Assembly (NCBI GenBank): GCA_051117555.1
Contig: JBNPEG010000161.1
Coordinates: 1-21,239 of the forward strand
Direction: 5' to 3'
Origin: Elainellaceae cyanobacterium
Lineage (GTDB): Bacteria > Cyanobacteriota > Cyanobacteriia > CAZCXK01
Length of the DNA stretch: 21,239 bases
In this document: positions 9,920 to 18,700 of the stretch, one piece after another
How the letters are laid out: each line of letters begins with the position of its first letter
Position numbering within the stretch: position 1 is the stretch's first letter
The notes under the pieces: generated by a model
Told to the model about the DNA's origin: nothing
The model's database searches: none
What the model saw: the letters and a program-made list of their open reading frames with translations, nothing else
Position numbers and translations under genes: made by a program

Positions 9920-11923
9920 ATGGTTAGAGGCAAACAACCAGAACGGTATCCACAACACCCAAGACGTCAACCTTCTCAAGGTTCTTCGTCAAACCGAACA
10001 CCTCACACGATTGCTAAGGGGTATTCTCAGGAAAACCTGACAGTATCTCAGCGGGGTTATCCGCCATCTGACCCATCGAGACGCGCCCCTCGCTCATTTC
10101 CGGGCTCAAAACTTGTCAAGACGTGGCAGTTTTGGACAATTTTTGGAATGGCGTTCATTACTGGCATCGGCGGTTTCTCTGCTGCTTTACTCTTTAAGAT
10201 TCCAGCCTTACCCAACTGCCCGTCTATTTTTTGGCCCACTGCCTCAGCCTCGCTCCGGATTTACTGTGCCGAACTCGCAGCCAATAAAGACACGGTAGAT
10301 GATCTGTTGCGGGCGATCGCCCTCGTTGATGGGCTTCCCAGCGATCATCCCTTGCGTTCTGACATTAATCGCAACATCGAAACCTGGTCGAATCAAATTC
10401 TCGACCTAGCTCAACAGACATTCCATGAGGGCGATTTAGACAGCGCCGTTCGCATGAGCCGCCGTATTCCTGCGAGCACGCCTGCGTATTCAGTCGTGCA
10501 AGAGCGAATCGAACGCTGGCAATCGATCTGGGCAGAGGCGGAGCGCATTTACCAAAACGCTGAAACCGCTATTTTCAATGAAGATCTAAAAGGTGCATTT
10601 TCAACGGCTGTGCAGTTGCTAGCGGTAGGCAATCGCTATTGGGAAACCACTCGCTATGAAGAACTCATCGCCCTGATTAATACATCACGAGAAGAAAGTG
10701 AGGTATTAACTCAGGCTCGCAGATTGGCACGACGGGGAGGACTATCCAACCTATTAGAAGCCATTAAGCTGGCAAAGAAAGTTGATCCTGAAAGCCATCT
10801 CTACCCAGTAGCTCAGCGAGCGATCGCAGAGTTTGGTAAAGACCTGTTTACATTAGGTATCGGGGCTCTTGATCGCTATGATTATGATTTAGCCCTTTCG
10901 GTGGCGCGGCAAATTCCGCCAGATATTGACCTGCGAGCCGAAGCGCGAGATTTGACCGAGCTTGCTCTCGCCCAGCGGCAAGCCTCCTACGGCACTATTT
11001 CTGACCTTGAGTCTGCCATCATTCAAGTTCAACGGCTCGGGCGCGATCGCCCCCTTTACAGCGAAGCGCGACAGCTTGTCCGCCGATGGCAGCTTGAAAT
11101 TCAGGATGTGAGCCGTTTGCAAATGGCACGTCGGATTGCAGAACCCGGAATGGTCGATGACTTAAGAGCGGCCATTGCCGAGGCAGAATTAATTCCTAGA
11201 AACAATCCTCGCGGCGACGAAGCTCAAGAGGCGATCGCCAAGTGGACGACCGAAATCCAAACCACTGAAGACCAGCCCTATCTCGACCGTGCCAACGAAC
11301 TCGCTCGGGGTGGCGGTGTGGTTTCCTTAGAGGCGGCTATCGAAGAAGCTAGTCGCATTCGAGAGGGGCGGGTTCTCTATCCGCAAGCTAATCGCCGCAT
11401 TACGGAATGGCAAGCCGAAATCCAGCGCATTCAAGACCGTCCGTATCTCGTCGAAGCGCGGCGGCTTGCCAATCAAGGTAATTTGACCGAGGCGATCGCC
11501 ACTGCTGAGCAAGTTCAGCCAGGACGTGCCCTATCGGAGGACGCTCAAAATGAGATTAGCCGCTGGCGTTCCCAGGCCCAAGGGGATGCTCAGCTTCAGC
11601 GTGCCTACGAAGCGGCCACTATTCCAACCCCGGCATCGTTAGTATCCGCCATTCGCCTCGCCGATCAGGTGCCATCTGACAGCCCGTCGCGAGCTGAAGC
11701 AAATCGCATGATTAACTTCTGGAGCCAGAATATTCTAGATGCCGCTCGGAGCATGGCAAGTCAAGACTTGGAGCAGGCGATCGCCGTTGCCGAAATGGTG
11801 CCAACTCGCACAGACGCCTACGCAGCTGCTCAACTGCAAATTGAGAGTTGGAGCGGGCAGTTAAATCCAAATCCGGTCATTCCAACCGTCGAAAACTCGG
11901 TGACTCCGACTCCAGAAAGGTAA
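9920..11923 (+). CDS. Conserved cyanobacterial single-pass membrane protein with helical repeats (often loosely annotated chromosome segregation ATPase)
   Basis: GAGG SD; disordered basic N-terminus, TM helix (WQFWTIFGMAFITGIGGFSAALLF), PNCPSIFWP..RIYC, repeated LA..G.L..AI..A....PLY..A...I..W units; no Walker A seen. Confidence 0.75.
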   Translation: MVRGKQPERYPQHPRRQPSQGSSSNRTPHTIAKGYSQENLTVSQRGYPPSDPSRRAPRSFPGSKLVKTWQFWTIFGMAFITGIGGFSAALLFKIPALPNCPSIFWPTASASLRIYCAELAANKDTVDDLLRAIALVDGLPSDHPLRSDINRNIETWSNQILDLAQQTFHEGDLDSAVRMSRRIPASTPAYSVVQERIERWQSIWAEAERIYQNAETAIFNEDLKGAFSTAVQLLAVGNRYWETTRYEELIALINTSREESEVLTQARRLARRGGLSNLLEAIKLAKKVDPESHLYPVAQRAIAEFGKDLFTLGIGALDRYDYDLALSVARQIPPDIDLRAEARDLTELALAQRQASYGTISDLESAIIQVQRLGRDRPLYSEARQLVRRWQLEIQDVSRLQMARRIAEPGMVDDLRAAIAEAELIPRNNPRGDEAQEAIAKWTTEIQTTEDQPYLDRANELARGGGVVSLEAAIEEASRIREGRVLYPQANRRITEWQAEIQRIQDRPYLVEARRLANQGNLTEAIATAEQVQPGRALSEDAQNEISRWRSQAQGDAQLQRAYEAATIPTPASLVSAIRLADQVPSDSPSRAEANRMINFWSQNILDAARSMASQDLEQAIAVAEMVPTRTDAYAAAQLQIESWSGQLNPNPVIPTVENSVTPTPER

Positions 11924-11937
11924 ACATCCCCAAGGTT

Positions 11938-11978
11938 GAAAAATCGTACAATACAGGCTGTCGGCAGCGCCCTATGCT
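11938..11978 (+). promoter_or_regulatory. Putative AraC-family site plus -10 box (araC promoter)
   Basis: GAAAAATCGTACAATAC-N18-TATGCT; a second copy with identical spacing lies at 12844-12884. Confidence 0.55.
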
Positions 11979-12017
11979 TTGGGGAGAAGCATAGAGTTGC
12001 AACAGGAGAGCCAGACC

Positions 12018-12872
12018 TTGAAATGCATATCCCCTGATGAACAAGCAAAACTCTGGCGCGATCCGATTATTCAGAATCTCGAACTGCTTCGTGCGACGTA
12101 TGTTACCCATTCTTTCTCACGCCACGTGCACGAAGGATTTGGAATCGCCATTTTAGAAGAAGGAGCAATGGAGTTTACCTGTCGCGGCGCGACCCATGTC
12201 GCCCCAGCCGGCAGTGTCGTTATTGTTCATCCAGACGAGGTCCACACCGGGCACGCCGCATTTGAAACCGGATGGACGTACCGAACTCTGCTGCCTGGCG
12301 CTGAGCTATTGCAGCAAGCTGCCTCAGAATTGAGCGATCGCCCGATCTCAGTGCCGTACTTTCCAGATCCAGTCATTCAAGATCCGAAACTCAATGATTG
12401 CCTGCTGAGGCTCCACATCGCTCTAGAAACCTCAGATTCACCGCTAGAGCGAGAATCTCGACTGCTGTGGAATTTGGCACGGTTGATTATTGCCCATGCG
12501 AGCGATCGCCCTTTAGTGAGCGCAGTCAGTCAAGAAACGCGCGCCGTTGAGCGTGTCCGCGACTATTTGCTTGAACATTTTGATCAAAATATTTCGCTAC
12601 ATGACCTAGCAACGATGGTCAACTTGAGCTCATTGCGGCTACTGCGAGTATTTCGGCGGCACATTGGGCTACCGCCTCACGCCTTTTTGACTCAAGTTCG
12701 CATCCACCACGCCAAAAAACTATTATCAATGGGCTGGACGGTCGCTCAAGTTGCTTTAGAAACAGGCTTCACTGACCAAAGCCACCTAAGCCGCCACTTC
12801 AAACGCATGGTTGGAGTTCCACCGGGGCGCTATGCTCACGGCTGCAAGAATGTACAAGATTTTCGCTCATAA
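12018..12872 (+). CDS. AraC-family transcriptional regulator (cupin ligand domain + double HTH)
   Basis: FSRHVHEGF, HPDEVHTG, LRVFRRHIGLPPH, VALETGFTDQSHLSRHFKRMVGVPPGRY; AGGAG at 12004-12008 supports TTG 12018 rather than 11979. Confidence 0.93.
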   Translation: MKCISPDEQAKLWRDPIIQNLELLRATYVTHSFSRHVHEGFGIAILEEGAMEFTCRGATHVAPAGSVVIVHPDEVHTGHAAFETGWTYRTLLPGAELLQQAASELSDRPISVPYFPDPVIQDPKLNDCLLRLHIALETSDSPLERESRLLWNLARLIIAHASDRPLVSAVSQETRAVERVRDYLLEHFDQNISLHDLATMVNLSSLRLLRVFRRHIGLPPHAFLTQVRIHHAKKLLSMGWTVAQVALETGFTDQSHLSRHFKRMVGVPPGRYAHGCKNVQDFRS

Positions 12873-12884
12873 CCCATCTACGCT
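12844..12884 (+). promoter_or_regulatory. Putative AraC-family site plus -10 box for azlCD, overlapping the araC 3' end
   Basis: GCAAGAATGTACAAGAT-N18-TACGCT; 11/17 identical to the upstream copy with the same spacing. Confidence 0.55.
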
Positions 12885-12903
12885 AAAGAAAACCCAGACC
12901 AAT

Positions 12904-13027
12904 CTAGTGTTGTGACATGCCTAAAATAGTGCAAATTATTAAAAGGCTGAAACTCTTGAGATCGGTGCGTTATGCTGCGCTAACAGCACCCTACCAATGC
13001 ATTATTTTAGCTGTGCCACTCCACTAG
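12904..13027. mobile_element. 124-bp MITE-like element with imperfect terminal inverted repeats and CTAG at both ends
   Basis: Left CTAGTGTTGTGACATGCCTAAAATAGTGCA vs reverse complement of right CTAGTGGAGTGGCACAGCTAAAATAATGCA: 23/30 identical; too short for a transposase. Confidence 0.75.
12964..12994 (-). repeat. GTAG-type REP-like palindrome inside the MITE
   Basis: Minus strand GTAG-GGTGCTGTTA-GCGCAGCA-TAACGCACC: GTAG followed directly by an imperfect hairpin. Confidence 0.7.
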
Positions 13028-13034
13028 GTTTGTG

Positions 13035-13066
13035 AATCCAAAATCCAAAATCCAAAATCCAAAATC
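13035..13066 (+). repeat. Heptamer short tandem repeat (STRR-type) (AATCCAA)x4.5
   Basis: Directly visible AATCCAA AATCCAA AATCCAA AATCCAA AATC. Confidence 0.95.
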
Positions 13067-13140
13067 GAGAAATGGTGTAGCCCTCATATTCGTAGAGACA
13101 AAGGTTAAACCATCCCCCCAATTCAGGATGCCGATGAACT

Positions 13141-13908
13141 ATGGTATACAACCATCAAAGCAAATGGAGACACCCGCAGACAGCCGAGACGCGATCGCCC
13201 AAAACAGAATTTTGGACGGGAGTACGGGACATGATTCCGCTTGTGATCGGTGCAATTCCCTTTGGCATTATCTTTGGAACACTAGCAACCAGTAACGGAC
13301 TATCCAATGGGGCAACCCTGGCGATGTCGGCCTGTGTGTTTGCCGGGTCGTCTCAGTTTATCGCCGTTGGCATGATTGCGGTCGGAACCAGCGTGCCGCT
13401 GATTGTATTCACTACCTTCGTTGTCAACGTGCGTCACCTGCTGTATGCGGTGAGTTTAGTGCCCTATGTCAAAGCATTGCCCCAGAGATGGAAATTGCCG
13501 CTCAGCTTTTGGTTGACCGATGAAGCATATGCGATCGCCATTCGTCGATACCAGGCACCTGATCCGTCCCCTCACAAGCATTGGTATTACCTAGGAGCAG
13601 CCCTGGTAATGTATTTCAACTGGCAGCTTTGTACCTACGTTGGCATCACCCTCGGACAGCGGATTTCTGATGCAGCAGAGTGGGGGCTCGATTTTGCCAT
13701 GTCTGTCACCTTTATTGGCATGGTCATTCCCTATCTCAAAACTAAACCCATGTGGCTCGCAGTTGCAGCGGCAGGCGGCGTAGCGCTTGTGGCCTATCCC
13801 CTCCCCCATAAGCTTGGGCTAGTGGCAGCGTCACTTGCCGGGATTGGTGCCGGAATATGGAGCGAGCAGCGGATTACAGTGACGACAAAGCGAGACATTC
13901 AATCATGA
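13141..13908 (+). CDS. azlC: AzlC family branched-chain amino acid exporter, large subunit
   Basis: [45 protein letters not shown]; start codon somewhat uncertain. Confidence 0.92.
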   Translation: MVYNHQSKWRHPQTAETRSPKTEFWTGVRDMIPLVIGAIPFGIIFGTLATSNGLSNGATLAMSACVFAGSSQFIAVGMIAVGTSVPLIVFTTFVVNVRHLLYAVSLVPYVKALPQRWKLPLSFWLTDEAYAIAIRRYQAPDPSPHKHWYYLGAALVMYFNWQLCTYVGITLGQRISDAAEWGLDFAMSVTFIGMVIPYLKTKPMWLAVAAAGGVALVAYPLPHKLGLVAASLAGIGAGIWSEQRITVTTKRDIQS

Positions 13909-14237
13909 GTGAATTTTTTTTGATTGCAGGCATGGCGATCGCCACCTTTAGCATCCGGTATGTCATGTTTGCTCTCAGCGGATGCATTCGCCTCTCTGAC
14001 CCGCTGCTTCGGGCACTCCACTACGTGCCGCCCGTTGTCCTCACGGCCATTGTGGTTCCAGAAGTCTTGATGCCCGATGGCAATCTGAGCCTAAGTTATA
14101 TGAATGCCAGACTCATTGGGGCGATCGCCGCATTTGGGGTGGGCTGGTTCACTAAAAACTTGCTCTTGACAATCACGCTCGGAATGCTGGGATTTTTTGG
14201 CTGGCAGTGGGTATTGGGAATGATGATTGCGTCATAA
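13905..14237 (+). CDS. azlD: AzlD family exporter, small subunit
   Basis: ATGA overlap with azlC stop; [40 protein letters not shown]. Confidence 0.9.
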   Translation: MSEFFLIAGMAIATFSIRYVMFALSGCIRLSDPLLRALHYVPPVVLTAIVVPEVLMPDGNLSLSYMNARLIGAIAAFGVGWFTKNLLLTITLGMLGFFGWQWVLGMMIAS

Positions 14238-14329
14238 CCAGTAGGATGACCGCCCAACTGCGATAATGGAGCTAGACTCATGGAAAATGGCTGTAGGTCA
14301 TCTGAAGAATGAAGTGAGCTTAAGACTCC

Positions 14330-15163
14330 GTGAAGAAAACTGCTGCTTACCTGCTGAGCAAAAAGCAAAACCGACAAACCATTGTTGCTCTGACATGTTA
14401 TGACTATCCCACCGCTGTATTAGAGCAAGAAGCGGGGGTGGATGTCATCTTCGTGGGCGATAGCGTTGGCACCAACGTGCTGGGGTATGACGATGAGACC
14501 CAGGTCACGATGGACGATATCGTTCACCATCTGAAGGCAGTCTGTCGGGGCGCACATGATCCGTTTATTCTTGCAGATCTTCCCTATGCCACCTATGAAA
14601 CGCCTGCGATGGCACTCGCAAATGCTCAGCGATTAGTTCACCACGGAGCCGACATCGTTAAATTAGAGGGCGATCGCCCCGAAATCGTGTCGAATCTGGT
14701 CAAACACGGCATCAGCGTGTGTGCTCATCTCGGCTTGCAGCCCCAAACTCAACACACGAAAGCCGTACAAGGCAAGCACTTCGATCAGGCAAAAGCGTTG
14801 ATCGAGGCAGCACTCAGACTTGAGCAAGCAGGCATCACCATGCTGCTGTTGGAGCTGATTCCTGAAGAATTGGGCAAGCTGATGACCGAAACGGTTCATG
14901 TGCCGACAATTGGCATTGGTGCGGGTCGGTTTACTGATGGGCAGGTTCTCATCGTCAACGATATTTTGGGCATTACCCCCCGCAAACTCAAGCTAGCGAC
15001 TCGCTATCTCGATTACCAAACGTCTACGCTAGACGCGATTCGTCGATATAAGCATGAAGTCGAGCACCACGTTTTTCCTGCTGACGAACACGTCCGCCAT
15101 ATGGCAGATGAAGAACGTCAGCCGATGCTGGATTGGGCAAATGCCCATCTGCGATCGCCCTAG
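14330..15163 (+). CDS. panB: 3-methyl-2-oxobutanoate hydroxymethyltransferase family (divergent PanB)
   Basis: LTCYDY, VGDSVG, ADLPY, VKLEG, HLGLQPQ, LLLELIP, PTIGIGAG, DGQVLIVNDILG; GTG start. Confidence 0.9.
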   Translation: MKKTAAYLLSKKQNRQTIVALTCYDYPTAVLEQEAGVDVIFVGDSVGTNVLGYDDETQVTMDDIVHHLKAVCRGAHDPFILADLPYATYETPAMALANAQRLVHHGADIVKLEGDRPEIVSNLVKHGISVCAHLGLQPQTQHTKAVQGKHFDQAKALIEAALRLEQAGITMLLLELIPEELGKLMTETVHVPTIGIGAGRFTDGQVLIVNDILGITPRKLKLATRYLDYQTSTLDAIRRYKHEVEHHVFPADEHVRHMADEERQPMLDWANAHLRSP

Positions 15164-15195
15164 AGAGAGGGGGACAGCCCCTTATTGATTTGTTT

Positions 15196-15672
15196 TTACG
15201 ACACATTTCCAAAGCGATCGCGAAAATCGGCTGCCAGCATATCCCCCGCTGCTTCGACTAATTTTCCGACAATCGGATGCACCACGACGCTAGTGACAGC
15301 CCCCGCAAACGTCGGCATGTGGTTTGTGAACCAAGCTTTGACTGACTCCATGGTGGCGAGATCGGGTTGCCCCGTTTCGATCGCATCTTCGAGCTCATCG
15401 ATTTTTTCGAGTGCCTCCGTTTTTTGCTCCGTCGGCGCTGCGGCTGCAATTTGGGCCCTAAGACCTGCAAAGATGCGCTGCAACACAGCTAAATCAGACT
15501 CAGCGACTGGAGCACGATTCTGATACAGCGATTGATGATGCCCCCGACCTCCCAAAGTGAGATTTAAGCCGTGGACATTGTCAATTTGCATGTTGTGGCT
15601 GCCAACCGCAACTCGGTTATTCTGAGACTGGGTGAAATTAAACGTATTGCCATTCGATTGAGAAGGGTTCAT
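15196..15672 (-). CDS. Small hypothetical protein: N/Q-rich RHIM-like N-terminal motif + alpha-helical C-terminal domain
   Basis: 158-aa ORF, AGGA SD 9 nt upstream, co-oriented and 111 bp downstream of the STAND gene; shares its N-terminal motif with that gene. Confidence 0.85.
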   Translation of the reverse strand: MNPSQSNGNTFNFTQSQNNRVAVGSHNMQIDNVHGLNLTLGGRGHHQSLYQNRAPVAESDLAVLQRIFAGLRAQIAAAAPTEQKTEALEKIDELEDAIETGQPDLATMESVKAWFTNHMPTFAGAVTSVVVHPIVGKLVEAAGDMLAADFRDRFGNVS

Positions 15673-15783
15673 GGGGGGCGTTCCTGGTTGAGAGTATTTG
15701 AGTGCGTGAAGTCTTCAAAAGAAATCTGTTAAGGGACGATGCCCCCTGATTTGGGTGATGACGCGATTTGCCTAACTCAGATA

Positions 15784-18700
15784 TTAGATAGGACCTTGAT
15801 TGCCGTCAGGCTGAACGATCACAGTAATCGTCGCGGTCGCTGCCTGACTGCCATCGCTGACGGTATAGCGGAAACTATCCTGCCCTGAGAATCCGCGATT
15901 GGGAGAATACACAACAGCAGTGCCGCTGATGGTGGCAGACCCATTTTGAGGAGCCGTCAAATCGATGATCGTGAGGCGATCGCCATCTGGATCATCATCA
16001 TTACTCAACACATTTACGGAAACTGGCTGAAAATAGGGTGTCGTAACCTGATCATCTTGGGCGTTCGGCGGACGGTTTGCGGGGGGGTCGACCGTGACGG
16101 TGACGGTTGCCGTATCCGTTCTGCCGAGAGCATCGCTCAGCGTATACTGGAACGAATCTTGCCCAGAGAATCCCGGGTTAGGGGTGTAGATGATTGAATT
16201 GCCGCTGATGGTTGCCGTTCCGTTGGCAGGAGAGGTGGCATCAGAAACGGTTAGGCGATCGCCACTCGGATTCTGGTCATTGCTGAGAACATCGATAGAC
16301 ACTCGCGTTTCATAGGGCGTAGTGGCCTGGTCATTGCGAGCCGATGGTGGAGTAGATGCGGTGACGGTCACTGACACCGAACCGGTTGCGGTGCGTCCTT
16401 GAGGATCTCTCACCGTATATTGAAACCGATCGCGTCCTGAAAACCCCTGTCGGGGCTGGTAGATGGCAACCCTGCTTGAGGTTAGTTCAACTGAACCATT
16501 CTGCGGTGGTGTTGAAATAGTAACGCTCAGGTTGTCTAAATTAGGATAAGAATTGTTTCGCAGTAGGTCGAGGCGGGCGGCCTCTCCCGACCCCGTTTCT
16601 AGGGTGTAATCGGGCGCTGTGGGCGCAGGTGATGTGACCTCAACGGTGACAGTGCCCGTGGCGGATTGGCCTTGGTTGTCACGAATTTGATAGGTGAAGC
16701 GATCGCGTCCTGCAAAGTTCTCGTTTGGGGTATAGACGATCGTGCTGCCGTTGGCGGGCTGAGCCGTTCCGTTTTGTGGTGAATTCTCGACTCGAATCAC
16801 CAAATTGCCCGGATCGGGATACGGATTATCTCGCAGCACATTGACCTGGACGGGGGAGTTGATTTGCGTTGAGGCTTGATAGTCGCGCGCAGTCAGGCGA
16901 GGAGCCGCCATTTGAATCGTCACGGTGCCTGTGGCGGTCTGCCCAGATGGCGCTGTCAATCGATACTGGAAGCGATCGCTGCCTCCAGAAAATTGCTCGC
17001 TGGGAGTATAGGTAATCGTGTTGTTAGAGTTGACGGTTGCTGTGCCCCGCTGAGGCTCTGCGGCAATGCTTACCGACAGGCGGTCGCGCCCTGGAGACGG
17101 ATTTTCAGCCAGCACATTCAGGGTCGTTGGCGTTCCGTAGCGAGTCTCATAGGTGAGGTCAGCCGCCGAAAGCTGGGGCGGATTGACGGTAATCGTCACC
17201 GTGCCTGTGGCCATGCCGCCTTGGCGATCGCTAACCGTATAGGTCAACTGGTCTTGTCCAAAAAATCCGGTATTGGGCGTATAGTTGATGATCTGTCCAT
17301 TTCGGCTGACGTCTGCCGCTCCATTCTCTGGAGGGGTTTCGAGGGTGACGGTCAGCTCATCGCCGTCTGGGTCGCGATCGTTTTCTAAGACGGCAATCTG
17401 AGTTGGCGTATTGTATGCAGTTGACGCCGTGTCATTTGCTACCTCTGGCGCCGTATTTTCACTTTGATCAGGACGCACAATCACGGTCACCGTAGCGCGA
17501 TCGCGATTTCCTGCACTATCTTCAACTAAATAGGTAAACTGATCGATGCCAGAAAAGCCCGGTTCTGGCCCATAAAACACCGTGCCATTTTCGATGAATG
17601 CGGTGCCGTGGCGAGGTTGAGATACCTCTAACAAAGTAAACTCTCCCGCAACGGGCGTTTGATCATTGGCTAAGACATCAATCTCAACGGGCGTAAATGA
17701 TTCCGACGAATCATCAATCATCATTTCGTCATCGTTTGCGGTGATCGTCGTGCCCAGTTGCGGCCTAGCCATCGTGAACCAAATGACGGCACCAGCGATC
17801 GCCCCACCGATGATTAACGGCAGCAAAAATATGAACCACCGAAGCGCTGCTGGCTTGCGAGGCGGGGGTTGCGCTTCGTCTTCCCAATGCATCCCCGAAA
17901 TGACTTGGGTCGCAGATGGAGGTGGCACGACTTCTGCGGGAACGAGTTCACCTGATTCGGTAGCGTCTGGCAAATGTGGCGCAGGCAGATCGATCGGAGC
18001 GGGATCGTCAGGGGCATCAACTGGAAGCAGCACCAAATTTAAGTTGTGGCGCGTTACCGCAGCCCCGACCTGATCACCCAACCGCTCTCGAATTTCGAGC
18101 GCTTGAGAAAGATAGGTATACGCTGCATCCCCGTCTTCAAGGCACAGCGCTCGGCTGCCTAATTCGTGCAACGCCCAGGCTTCTATAGCAGAATCTGAAA
18201 GCGATCGCCCGGCCAGCAGTGCCCAGTCTAACGCCGTTGCCCACAGCCCCCATCGCTTGCTCAGCGCCAACGATGGCTCAATCAGCTTAATAAGCCGCAG
18301 CGCCTCGATCCATCGCCCTGATTTCACGGCCCAGTCGAGGCAATAAAACAACCCGTCTGCCTCTTCCAAAACGAGATCCGCCGTTAGAGGAGTCTGCTCA
18401 GCCCAAGTGGTGTATTGAATCAGCGTTTGCGATCGCGCTGGGTCGAGATTCAGCCCTTCTGCTAATACGGTTGATAATGAGTCATGAACTCCGTATCGCT
18501 GACCGTCGCTGACCACCACGTTACGCTCAACCAGCGACGCTAAATCAAGCTCTAAGTCAGACTGATGAGTCATCGCTGCGACCCATCGTGCCAATAACGC
18601 AATTCCTGGAACCGCTGACAAGGTTGCAAGCACCAGTCGCTGAGGCTTTGAAAGCCGTGACCAGATGTGCTGGATGAGTGACTTACGGGGAGCGGATGAC

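Noticed and set aside
1125..12110. Short alternative-frame or antisense ORFs within rodA, mrp, hemF, psb29, panE, cobW and the 667-aa gene
   Set aside because: They overlap well-supported conserved genes and show no independent coding signal.
13032..13295. 87-aa ORF beginning MNPKSKIQNPKS
   Set aside because: The N-terminus is just the translated AATCCAA repeat and the rest overlaps azlC out of frame.
6440..15163. panE-like and panB-like genes as a pantothenate cluster
   Set aside because: About 7 kb apart on opposite strands with unrelated genes between and no panC/panD; proximity may be chance.
15168..15182. AGGGG-GACAG-CCCCT hairpin between convergent panB and the small gene
   Set aside because: Only a 5-bp stem with a poor U-tract; too weak to call a terminator.
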